Below, piece by piece: positions 39,372 through 47,746 of a DNA stretch of 64,000 nt. The stretch's first letter is position 1. Each line of letters starts with the position of its first letter. Origin of the DNA: Bdellovibrionota bacterium (GTDB lineage: Bacteria > Bdellovibrionota_C > UBA2361 > JBGSMV01); NCBI GenBank assembly GCA_041739995.1, contig JBGSMV010000043.1:1-64000 (forward strand), given 5' to 3'. The notes under the pieces were generated by a model. The model was not told the DNA's origin and searched no databases. It saw nothing but the letters and a program-made list of their open reading frames with translations. The position numbers and the translations under genes are program-made.

Positions 39372-39833
39372 TCAAGTCTCCCCCGACCCTACCTGCATCA
39401 CTCGAACTCTCAGGTATTTGGCCTTTGGAGCTATGATGACCTTTGCTGAAAGATACTCGGGAGATTCCCATCCCACTGTTCTTGACTTGAAAACTCTCCA
39501 GTTTAACTTTGTGTCGCTTTCATCCCTCCGTCCGACCGCCTGAAGAAACATGACTTCAACATCATCTGCGCCGTATTCGATCTGACCTTTAAGTACACTT
39601 ACTCGGCACGTGATCTCCTCCGGGGCTCTGCGAACTTGACGAAGCTGAAAGCCAGAAGGGACGTGCTCAATGAAAAAGTACGAACGGCATTTTTCACTCA
39701 CGAAGGGAATCAGATAGGCATCAGAAGTCGGATGCAGCCCCGGCGATTCACTCTCGGCATGTACCCGAGCCGCTCCGCTCAGAAGAAGCAGAGAAAGAAC
39801 AACTCCGATGGTGCTTAGCCTGTTGGTGGTCAT
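39372..39833 (-). CDS. Small secreted protein, unknown function
   Basis: Signal peptide ending VHA; AAGGAG Shine-Dalgarno; two Cys. Confidence 0.8.
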   Translation of the reverse strand: MTTNRLSTIGVVLSLLLLSGAARVHAESESPGLHPTSDAYLIPFVSEKCRSYFFIEHVPSGFQLRQVRRAPEEITCRVSVLKGQIEYGADDVEVMFLQAVGRRDESDTKLNWRVFKSRTVGWESPEYLSAKVIIAPKAKYLRVRVMQVGSGET

Positions 39834-39888
39834 ATGCTTTGGTCTCCTTTAGTGTTTTACGGTTTGACAATACAAAATTATTCAACAA

Positions 39889-40362
39889 TTACTCGCTTGC
39901 AGTGCTTGAAGGGTATTTAAGATTAGTACTAGCTGTGATGAGTCTTCGCTGTCCCGGCAACAACTCAAGCGAGGCATATAGGTCGCGGGACACTTGACCG
40001 GAGTTTGTCGGGGCCACACTTCGCCTTGCGAATACTTGGGACTGGAGACGCCCTTGGGGGCGTACCGGGTGAGAGAAGAATGCCACGTTATAGCGTTTCG
40101 GAAGTTCGGGGAGATTCTGCTGGGCGATGCGAAAGGTGCAGGCCTGCCGAGATCTGACTTTTCGTCTCTGGGACAGTATGCCGTCGATATGGCTACGTCC
40201 CTTGAAGAGTCCTCGACATGGGCGCATAACTTCGACCTTCAGAAGCCCTGGGCGTAACCCTTCTAAGGGCAACGGCTCGATATCTGCTGCCTGAGCGTTT
40301 TGAAGAGTTACGAGGAATGCAGCCATCGTGATCGCGAAGAAGACCGTGCGGTTCATATGCAT
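39889..40362 (-). CDS. Small basic secreted protein, unknown function
   Basis: Signal peptide ending AQA; GGAG Shine-Dalgarno; two Cys. Confidence 0.8.
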   Translation of the reverse strand: MHMNRTVFFAITMAAFLVTLQNAQAADIEPLPLEGLRPGLLKVEVMRPCRGLFKGRSHIDGILSQRRKVRSRQACTFRIAQQNLPELPKRYNVAFFSHPVRPQGRLQSQVFARRSVAPTNSGQVSRDLYASLELLPGQRRLITASTNLKYPSSTASE

Positions 40363-40459
40363 CTCTCCAAATTAGACTAACAACCTTTCGGGGCAGCAGA
40401 ACTCACCGCCGCTGTTTTCAAAAAGGTTATTCGCCACCGGCCGCACTCCGTAACTTAAA

Positions 40460-40480
40460 TACTGGCTGTTTCAGCCATTA
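40460..40480. promoter_or_regulatory. Degenerate copy of the ACTGG-N9-CCAGT palindromic motif
   Basis: TACTGG-CTGTTTCAG-CCATTA, about 100 bp upstream of the 40362 gene. Confidence 0.55.
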
Positions 40481-40821
40481 CTCTAATTCGACGCTTAGAA
40501 CTACTTGTAAGAGATATTAAATTATATATCATAATATCAATGGATTAACTTGGTTTTTGCCAAAACTCGCGTCCACAAAGACTGGCTGAAAAAACCTTGA
40601 ATATTGCTCAAAGGCGCGTCCTCTTTGCGCTAAACTTAAACGAAGGCCGAGCGGCAGACAGGTGCCGGGAGTTGAATGTCTTCGTTAAAACGTCCTTTTG
40701 TACGTAGAACTGGAATGATTGAACCAGGCACCGCAAAGGTTACGGGTACAACACAGTGAAAGTGCTCGGTGCAACAATGGCACTATAGAAGACTCTAGGG
40801 ATTTGGCAGAACTAGATCGAG

Positions 40822-41070
40822 CTAGGGCACCTCAGCCACGACACAGGTTGCAGTGAGCGTTTCTTCGCATTTCTCGCCGGGGTTTCCGTTGCTCTGGGTC
40901 GGTCCACCTGTTGTGGCATGCTCGCCGCCGAGTGATGCAACCTGAAGAGAGGCATTCCTTACTTGCAAATTGAGAGCGCCGCCTAAGGTCGAGATGGCGA
41001 ATAACCCGATAGAGAATACCGTGACGATGAGAAGGGCGTATTCAGTAATGGAGCCGCGGTCATTTCTCAT
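40822..41070 (-). CDS. Flp-type pilin-like protein with a C-terminal extension
   Basis: MRNDRG-SITEYALLIVTVFSIGLFAISTLG (Flp-like EY plus hydrophobic helix). Confidence 0.75.
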   Translation of the reverse strand: MRNDRGSITEYALLIVTVFSIGLFAISTLGGALNLQVRNASLQVASLGGEHATTGGPTQSNGNPGEKCEETLTATCVVAEVP

Positions 41071-41400
41071 TTCAACCTACCAAACAATAAAGACACCCCC
41101 ATTTCTCTGGATTCTGGTCGCTTGCTTCTCTCGCTTTTAAGAAAGCGCCTCAATTCATTGTTTCGCCTAACGGGCATGTAGGAAAAAACCGTAGTCCAAC
41201 CACTCGTAATGCACTTGCGGTCGAATTAAATAGACTCCCCACTCCCACCAAGCTCAGAACCCGTTCCCACTCTGGCGAGTTTGGCCTGGAACCCCGAGCA
41301 ATGACTCTACGCCTCAACTATTTAGCTGAGAGGTTTTAAATGCCCTCTATTCACATAGCTATCTGCTGGTTCAGGACCTCGAAACCCACCATACTCATTT

Positions 41401-41421
41401 CACTGGTCATTTTAGCCAGTA
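41401..41421. promoter_or_regulatory. Copy of the ACTGG-N9-CCAGT palindromic motif
   Basis: CACTGG-TCATTTTAG-CCAGTA in the divergent region between flp and the 41949 gene. Confidence 0.6.
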
Positions 41422-41948
41422 TTAAGACACATCGCCGCGCCCCCTCAACATAATCCTCTTTATTGATTCTAACCTCTGTCGAGAGCTTGCAGAATGAAAC
41501 GTCAAAGCGGTCGCATTTCCTTCCTCATCACTTCGCTGAGTGCTCACAGGCCTTCCTTTCTGAGAGTCACTTCAATACCCGATTCGACGTTTTTCTGTTG
41601 GGGGACCCATCTCACTCAAAGGGTGCGCAGTATGTCCACAATCCGCACGAATCCGTCACTCCGAGCCGCACAGAACTTAAGAACCTATCAGGAATTCCCC
41701 ACCAGCGATTCGTCCTCATTACTCCACGCTAGGAATGTTTGTACCCGGCCACTTCTCTCGCCACGCCATATCTTCGCCACCATCAATAGCACTTCGCTCT
41801 CGACCTCAAGCGATCTTACGCCAAACTCGCCGCACGGAGATTTCAACAGCGTTGAAAGATTTAGTTCTGTAGTTTTCTCGGGTCGGGTCGGGGATTTCGC
41901 CCCAACACGAGCCTCTAGGAGCTGCAGGTTTTTGTATAGGAATAGAAA

Positions 41949-42362
41949 ATGAAACTGATGAATGTACTTATTCTTGCATTCTTCGCTACTTTCTCGGGAA
42001 GCGCCTTTGCGCAGTCTCAATCGGATAGTGGCCCCACGAGTTCAATGACCCGCACGCCCACGGCACGCGCCTATGGCTACGTACGGGATGGGCAAGTGGA
42101 CCGCTCCCGCTCAAGTCGAAATCTACAGGTGCGACAGGTCGGCGTAGGACACTACTGCCTACGGGTACGAGGACTCTCACGAACAGAAGTTCTTCCGGTC
42201 ATCTCACCCGACTTTAGTTTTACGGATTGTCTCCAGACTTTCCCAAAAATCATAAGCTCGATGAACAGCGGGTGCGAACAGGATGAGTTTGGAGTGCTGA
42301 ATTTCTGCACCGACGAGCTCCCCACCGCAAAGGATCTCGCCTTTACAGTCATATTTCCTTAA
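41949..42362 (+). CDS. Small secreted beta-rich protein, unknown function
   Basis: Signal peptide ending AFA; four Cys. Confidence 0.82.
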   Translation: MKLMNVLILAFFATFSGSAFAQSQSDSGPTSSMTRTPTARAYGYVRDGQVDRSRSSRNLQVRQVGVGHYCLRVRGLSRTEVLPVISPDFSFTDCLQTFPKIISSMNSGCEQDEFGVLNFCTDELPTAKDLAFTVIFP

Positions 42363-42376
42363 TATATAGAGATTTT

Positions 42377-42430
42377 TGAGCCTCCCCATTTGCGGAGCGT
42401 CCAGTATTGGCTCCAAAGGGGGGAGGCTCA
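42377..42430. terminator. Long hairpin between convergent genes (probable bidirectional terminator)
   Basis: tgagcctcccc (42377-42387) and ggggaggctca (42420-42430) form a perfect 11-bp inverted repeat; inner ggagc/gctcc stem. Confidence 0.6.
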
Positions 42431-42441
42431 TTTAGTCGAAA

Positions 42442-43275
42442 CTAGGTATCTTCCTCAGTAGATCGCGCCTCGGTCACGCTAAAAGCCGACAGGCAAACCT
42501 TCCCCCCGCCTTGGGCCGTTGTCAGATCAGGGTTCAAATCTTTATCAAACTGAGCGATGAAAGCTCTTGCTCTCGAATGGAAATCCTTGCCTTCTTCAAT
42601 CAACCATTGCCGAATCGTCGTGAGGTTACGAGGCACGATATTATCGAACTCGGTATGTATATGAAGATTCGTGATGTGCTGAGGCGCAAGAATATTTTCC
42701 TCCGTACTCCGTATCAGCCCGTCTATATCCTTTGCCACCAGATCGAAGGCCTCAAGCGGCTCTTGGTCAAGCGGCACGACTTTATAGATAAGCTCAAGCG
42801 AGTCGTCGACTCTCTGCACAAACTTACGCCTCTCAAACTCGAACTGAACGGTTCCAGGATTTAAAGTCGTGCTCACTCTCTCACAAAGACGCTTAAATTC
42901 AGCACTTCGCCCTTTGAAAGTAAGAATACGAGGAACTCCTGGTTTCTCTGAAAAATGTGGGTCAAACTGCCACTGCGCTATCACACGTGCCAGCAGGTTC
43001 TTAGAAGGAGAAACATCCTCCTCATTCATCTTGAGCAAACGACGAATCTCTGGTCGGCGGATTCCGGTAACGGCGCTTAACCTACTCACATTAGGTTTAA
43101 GCTGTTGCGCCCCCAAGTCTTCGGCCGCAACCTCGACAAACCCCTGCTTAAGAATTTCTACCAGATCCTGCAGGGAGCAGGACGAGCGCACACACAGACG
43201 CACAAGCGGTAGGACAAGCCGCTTCAACGCCTTGCTCTTTAGCGTCGGATCTATCTTCGCCCAGTGACTTACCAT
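42442..43275 (-). CDS. DUF6502-like protein with an HTH-like N-terminal segment
   Basis: LVLPLVRLCVR...LKQGFVEVA...NVSRLSAVTGIRRPEIRRLL...ARVIAQW...F pattern, recognised by eye as DUF6502. Confidence 0.75.
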   Translation of the reverse strand: MVSHWAKIDPTLKSKALKRLVLPLVRLCVRSSCSLQDLVEILKQGFVEVAAEDLGAQQLKPNVSRLSAVTGIRRPEIRRLLKMNEEDVSPSKNLLARVIAQWQFDPHFSEKPGVPRILTFKGRSAEFKRLCERVSTTLNPGTVQFEFERRKFVQRVDDSLELIYKVVPLDQEPLEAFDLVAKDIDGLIRSTEENILAPQHITNLHIHTEFDNIVPRNLTTIRQWLIEEGKDFHSRARAFIAQFDKDLNPDLTTAQGGGKVCLSAFSVTEARSTEEDT

Positions 43276-43439
43276 GCGTTTTTGGATGAATTGGCCATTA
43301 AATGTCCTTCGACACGACTACGACTTAGCTGGAGAACTAGCGGCCAAATATCTCCTAAGATTAAATATATTAGCGTGTTAAATCAGAAAGCAGAGCGTAT
43401 CAGCTAAATACTCTAAGTCGCATATGTCAGGCTATACCA

Positions 43440-43468
43440 AAATTACTGGTCACAGTGACCAGTAATTT
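43440..43468. promoter_or_regulatory. Perfect 29-bp palindrome (operator-like)
   Basis: aaattactggtcac-a-gtgaccagtaattt: 14-bp arms with a 1-nt spacer, between divergent genes. Confidence 0.85.
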
Positions 43469-43481
43469 GTGTCCTCCTACC

Positions 43482-43497
43482 TGGCACGCCCTTTGCT
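43482..43497 (+). promoter_or_regulatory. Sigma-54 (-24/-12) promoter
   Basis: TGGCACG-CCCT-TTGCT matches the consensus TGGCACG-N4-TTGCW exactly; about 90 bp upstream of ATG 43586. Confidence 0.75.
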
Positions 43498-43585
43498 TTA
43501 CTCTTTCCTCGACGCACGCTGCCCCACCACCACGGTGAGCCTCGCGGCTCACAGGCGTGCGTCACATTTTTTCCAAAGAGGTTTT

Positions 43586-43981
43586 ATGAAGTACATACGT
43601 CGTTCAGGGATCTACTTTGCACTTGCTCTCTCATTCGGAGTCGTGACTGCGGCTCACGTAGCTGTTGCTCAAGAACGCAGAGTTTCTGGAGCCCAGGAAG
43701 ATCTCGCTACTCTTGGAGCCGCGATTGAACAGGCTACCGGTGCAGTCTTCTCAAGAAAGGAACTTAAACTCCTCACCGAGATCGATCCACTTCCGCCAGT
43801 GAACACTCAGGGAACCGAGCCTGCGAACCACCAATCGGGCGATCCCTTCACACGTTGCATGGGCGGGTGTGATGCAGCTCACGCCTCTTGTCTTAATCGC
43901 CTGTGGTTCTTTGTACAGTTTCGCTGCAACAACTTAAGGCAAAACTGTCAGATGGCTTGCGCCATAGACGCACTCGATTGA
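43586..43981 (+). CDS. Small secreted protein with a C-terminal six-Cys motif
   Basis: AGAGG Shine-Dalgarno; signal peptide; CX3CX6C-X11-CX6CX3C. Confidence 0.82.
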   Translation: MKYIRRSGIYFALALSFGVVTAAHVAVAQERRVSGAQEDLATLGAAIEQATGAVFSRKELKLLTEIDPLPPVNTQGTEPANHQSGDPFTRCMGGCDAAHASCLNRLWFFVQFRCNNLRQNCQMACAIDALD

Positions 43982-44042
43982 TGACCTGCCACCCGAGAGT
44001 GTCTGCAGTTTAGAATGCGAAGAAGTAAGGGCTAACAGAGCT

Positions 44043-45368
44043 TTAAGATCTCCGTTGCACCTTATTCTGCGATTTCCTCAAAGCCTCAAGCGGCGCAATA
44101 AAATGCTGCTCCACTCCACGTTCGCTCGGATTATAGAAAGTCTGATCCGCAATCTCATCAGGGAGATACTGCTCGCCATACACCGTACCTTGGGCCGCAT
44201 CATGCGGATATTGATAACCTTCACCGTATCCAAGTTCTCGCATGAGCGCCGTGGGCGCATTCCGAAGGTGAGCCGGCACCGATGTTTTTGGGCTGCGTTC
44301 AATCACGGCGCGCACTTGCTTCATTGCTTGATAGGACCGATTAGATTTCGGCGCGCAGGCCAGATAGCAAATACACTGCGCAATCGGAATACTGCCTTCC
44401 GGCATGCCAATACGCTCGAATGCTTCGCTGGTCGAAACTGCAATTGTCAGTGCGCGCGGATCTGCGTTTCCGATATCCTCGCTGGCAAAAATTATCATGC
44501 GACGAATAACAAAACGGGGATCTTCTCCGGAATCTATCATGCGGAATCCCCAATATAGGGCCGCATCAGGGTCGGAGCCGCGCAGACTCTTAATAAAGGC
44601 CGAGGCAATATTATAGTGCTCTTCGCCTCCACGATCATAAAAGCGCTTACCGTCCGTGCTCAGAAAATTCTCAAGCACCTCACGCGACAACGTTCCGCCT
44701 GACACCACCGCACCAGTCTGCACAAGGGCTTCTAGGGTATTAAGCAACTGCCGCGCATCACCGCCACACAGCTGCGAAAGCAATGACTCGACCTCAGCAC
44801 CCACAGAAACACCAAGCGCTTGAGCGGCACGCGTGAGAATCTCGAACAGGGCTGGTACCCCGAGCTCAGGCAGCACCACTACGCGCGCGCGTGAGCGAAT
44901 GGCATTCGTCAAATAAAAGGACGGGTTCTCAGTCGTGGCGCCAATTAAAATGAAAGTGCCGGCTTCGACGTGTGGAAGAAAAGCATCTTGCTGGGCTTTG
45001 GTAAGGCGGTGGATCTCATCTACAAAAAGAATCGTGGCCTTCACTTCCTTTTTTGCAGTGTTCGCTATCTCACGAATCTCTTTGACCCCCACCAGCACCG
45101 CCGAGACCTCGACGAAGACAGCGTCGAAACATTTTCCCACAAGTCGCGCCAATGTGGTCTTTCCAGAACCGGGCGGCCCCCACAAAATCAATGACGGCGG
45201 CCTCCCTCGCCCAGAACGCAACTGTTCAATCAAGCGCTGATCAAGGCCACTCAAGCCTTGAAAATCTTCCCAGGTTTGCGGACGCATACGCTCGGCAAGC
45301 GGCGCGTCGGCACGCGTTTGTCTTTTTGGCCGGTCCTCTGGGAATAGGTCTAACGTCTTATCTGTCAT
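44043..45368 (-). CDS. rarA: Replication-associated recombination protein A (MgsA)
   Basis: PLAERMRP, WGPPGSGKTT, FVDEIHR, GATTENPSF, SAFIKSLRGSDPDAA and SEDIGNADP motifs. Confidence 0.96.
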   Translation of the reverse strand: MTDKTLDLFPEDRPKRQTRADAPLAERMRPQTWEDFQGLSGLDQRLIEQLRSGRGRPPSLILWGPPGSGKTTLARLVGKCFDAVFVEVSAVLVGVKEIREIANTAKKEVKATILFVDEIHRLTKAQQDAFLPHVEAGTFILIGATTENPSFYLTNAIRSRARVVVLPELGVPALFEILTRAAQALGVSVGAEVESLLSQLCGGDARQLLNTLEALVQTGAVVSGGTLSREVLENFLSTDGKRFYDRGGEEHYNIASAFIKSLRGSDPDAALYWGFRMIDSGEDPRFVIRRMIIFASEDIGNADPRALTIAVSTSEAFERIGMPEGSIPIAQCICYLACAPKSNRSYQAMKQVRAVIERSPKTSVPAHLRNAPTALMRELGYGEGYQYPHDAAQGTVYGEQYLPDEIADQTFYNPSERGVEQHFIAPLEALRKSQNKVQRRS

Positions 45369-45376
45369 GAACTTCT

Positions 45377-46753
45377 CTATGAGGGAGCAGAGAGCTCTTC
45401 AAGCATCTTTGAAGCATACAAGAACCCAAGTTCAAACTGTGAGAGCGCGAACGATTCATTTGGTGCATGCGCCTTATCGCTTTCAAGCGCAAAACCAACT
45501 AACAACGGCGTAGCTCCTGCCACATCGGCCAGTCGCTCGACTACTGGAATCGAGCCGCCCTCCCAGGTGAATTGAGTCTTAGCGGATGAAAGTTGATCAA
45601 GAACCTTGCGTGCTCTTGAAATCAACGGGTCTGTGCTCGAAAGCGCAACGGCCCTCCCTCCGACGTGTTTTGAAATAACGCTGAACTCCAGGCCATCGGG
45701 CGCTTTCGAACGCAGAAAATCTTCGAGCAGCGTAAGGCACCGCTCAGCGTTCTGATCACTCACCAAACGCGACGTGATCTTGCAGGTCGCAGTCGAAGGG
45801 ATAATGGTCTTCCCTCCGGGACCCTGGTACCCAGAATAGAGTCCGTTTACCTCAATCGTTGGTCGCATCCCACGTCTTTCTGCCGGTGGAAGATTCACTT
45901 CTCCGCCTTTAGCTTCAACTCCAACCATGGCTTTAAATACCTCAGCTGGCGGCCACGGGGCGTTGGCAAGAGCGCGGTCGTCTGAGGAGAACTCTTTCAC
46001 TTCGTCGTAGTATCCAGGGACAAGAATGCGCCCATCGGGCCCATGCAAAGCAGCGATCAGTCGCGCCATTTCTGTGGCGGGGTTTCGCACCACTCCGCCC
46101 AAAGCTCCAGAATGAAGATCGTGATGCAACCCACCGAGTTTGACTTCAATCGAAACCAGACCTCTTAAGCCCATGGTGATAAAAGGCACACCTGGCATTA
46201 AAGCTCCCGTATCGCACACCATCAGAACATCGCTCTTCAATTTCGGAGCCCACTCGACGAGCTTTTCTGATATTCCCTCGCTGCCACACTCCTCTTCACC
46301 TTCGAGAACGACAGTGACTCCACACCCAAGCTCCCCAAGCTTAATCAAGCGCTCCAGTGCTTTGAGAAAGTACATAGTCTGCCCCTTGTTGTCAGAAGAG
46401 CCGCGCGCATACAGCCGCCCTTCGCGAAGTTCTGGGGTAAAGGGAGCAGAGATCCAATCCTCTAGCGGGTCTACTGGCTGAACATCGTAGTGCCCGTAAT
46501 AGAGCACTTGCGGCTTACCCTTGGGGGCGGGGATATTTCCGAACACCACTGGCTTCCCTGGTGTCTCCAGCAACTGAGCTTTCAGTCCAATCTTGGTCAG
46601 GTACTCAACCGTCCATTGAGCACAGTGCTCGCAATCTTTGGCATACGCTGGGTCTGTGCTTATGCTCGAAAACCCCAACCAAGCCTTCCAGTCGGCTAGA
46701 ATCTCTTCAGTCTTGCTCTCAAAATATCCGCGAAGTTCTTCAACTGTGGCCAT
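45377..46753 (-). CDS. M20-family metallopeptidase (dipeptidase)
   Basis: YGHYDVQP, ARGSSDNKG, EGEEECGS, DLHSG, GGSIP and AHAPNE motifs. Confidence 0.93.
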   Translation of the reverse strand: MATVEELRGYFESKTEEILADWKAWLGFSSISTDPAYAKDCEHCAQWTVEYLTKIGLKAQLLETPGKPVVFGNIPAPKGKPQVLYYGHYDVQPVDPLEDWISAPFTPELREGRLYARGSSDNKGQTMYFLKALERLIKLGELGCGVTVVLEGEEECGSEGISEKLVEWAPKLKSDVLMVCDTGALMPGVPFITMGLRGLVSIEVKLGGLHHDLHSGALGGVVRNPATEMARLIAALHGPDGRILVPGYYDEVKEFSSDDRALANAPWPPAEVFKAMVGVEAKGGEVNLPPAERRGMRPTIEVNGLYSGYQGPGGKTIIPSTATCKITSRLVSDQNAERCLTLLEDFLRSKAPDGLEFSVISKHVGGRAVALSSTDPLISRARKVLDQLSSAKTQFTWEGGSIPVVERLADVAGATPLLVGFALESDKAHAPNESFALSQFELGFLYASKMLEELSAPS

Positions 46754-47141
46754 CTCTCTCCTGGGGGAATGGGACAAGTCTCCGTGACTGGTCTTGGTTG
46801 TAGTTTAGTAATTCTAACCCTACCTTTCAAAAAGTAAGAACTATCGCTTGGGTTGAGGGAAGCAGCAGAGCAACTCTCAAGAGGCTCTCTAGCCCCTATG
46901 AGCCGGGAAAGGGAGAAAAAGTTCGGATAGAGTATCCCCGCCAGGCCGACCGACCTTGGCTCGATCCCAGGTCTTCCTGCGCCCAAACTTGCCCAGAAAA
47001 TCGTACCAATTAATCCGAACGCCAGTTGCGCTCTCTAAGAACCCCGTCTAAGAATCGATAGATAGTTTCACTGTCCGAGAGATTACCGACTTCCTTAATA
47101 GATGGCGCTTTGGATATACCGTCAGGTTATTTAGGCACTAT

Positions 47142-47176
47142 CTAACCGGATTCACGATTTGGCTAACCGGATTCAC
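47142..47176 (+). repeat. 14-bp direct repeat with 21-bp period upstream of pal
   Basis: ctaaccggattcac at 47142 and 47163. Confidence 0.85.
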
Positions 47177-47191
47177 AACTTAGGTTTATTT

Positions 47192-47746
47192 ATGACCACC
47201 AGACTTCGCATCCCGTTCTATCTCACACTCGCCCGTCTCGTATTGGTATGTGCTGCCTGTGCGCTGCTCGTGACTGGATGTTCATCAAAGGGCAAGGGAG
47301 CAAAGGGTGCTGATGGCTCAGATCTCTCTGAAGCTGCATTGAACGCAGAGCGCGAGGGACGCTTTGGCGAAGGTGGCATTCCTAACGCTGAAGGGGAGAG
47401 CATGTTTAGAAACGTGCCATTTGGATTTGACTCAGCAGAGCTCGACTCATTCTCCCGCCAAAATGTAGAATTCAACGCTGAGATTCTTCGTGAGTACCCG
47501 AACTTAAGAATCGTACTCGAGGGGCATGCTGATGAACGCGGTACCGTAGAATACAACTTAGCACTTGGCGCAGAGCGTGCCCGATCCGTGCGTGAAGTAC
47601 TCGTATCACTTGGCATCTCGCCCTCTCGCTTAGAAACAGTGAGCTATGGTGAAGAAGTTCCTCTCGACCCTGCACATGATGAAACTGCTTGGGAAAAAAA
47701 CCGTCGCGTGCATTTCTCTGCATACAGCGATCAAGCTCGGCGATAG
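47192..47746 (+). CDS. pal: Peptidoglycan-associated lipoprotein (OmpA-like)
   Basis: Lipobox LVTGC; FGFDS, EGHADERGTVEYNLALGAERA, SYGEE and NRRVHF motifs. Confidence 0.92.
   Translation: MTTRLRIPFYLTLARLVLVCAACALLVTGCSSKGKGAKGADGSDLSEAALNAEREGRFGEGGIPNAEGESMFRNVPFGFDSAELDSFSRQNVEFNAEILREYPNLRIVLEGHADERGTVEYNLALGAERARSVREVLVSLGISPSRLETVSYGEEVPLDPAHDETAWEKNRRVHFSAYSDQARR

Noticed and set aside
41463..42020. ORFs 41463-41732, 41494-41952 and 41688-42020
   Set aside because: No motifs, odd composition, mutual overlap. Minus frames with several TGA codons do not give a protein-like read-through, and TGA is a normal stop elsewhere in the window.
42387..42406. CCAGTA half-site near the hairpin as another motif copy
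   Set aside because: There is no matching left half at N9 spacing, and it lies between convergent gene ends.
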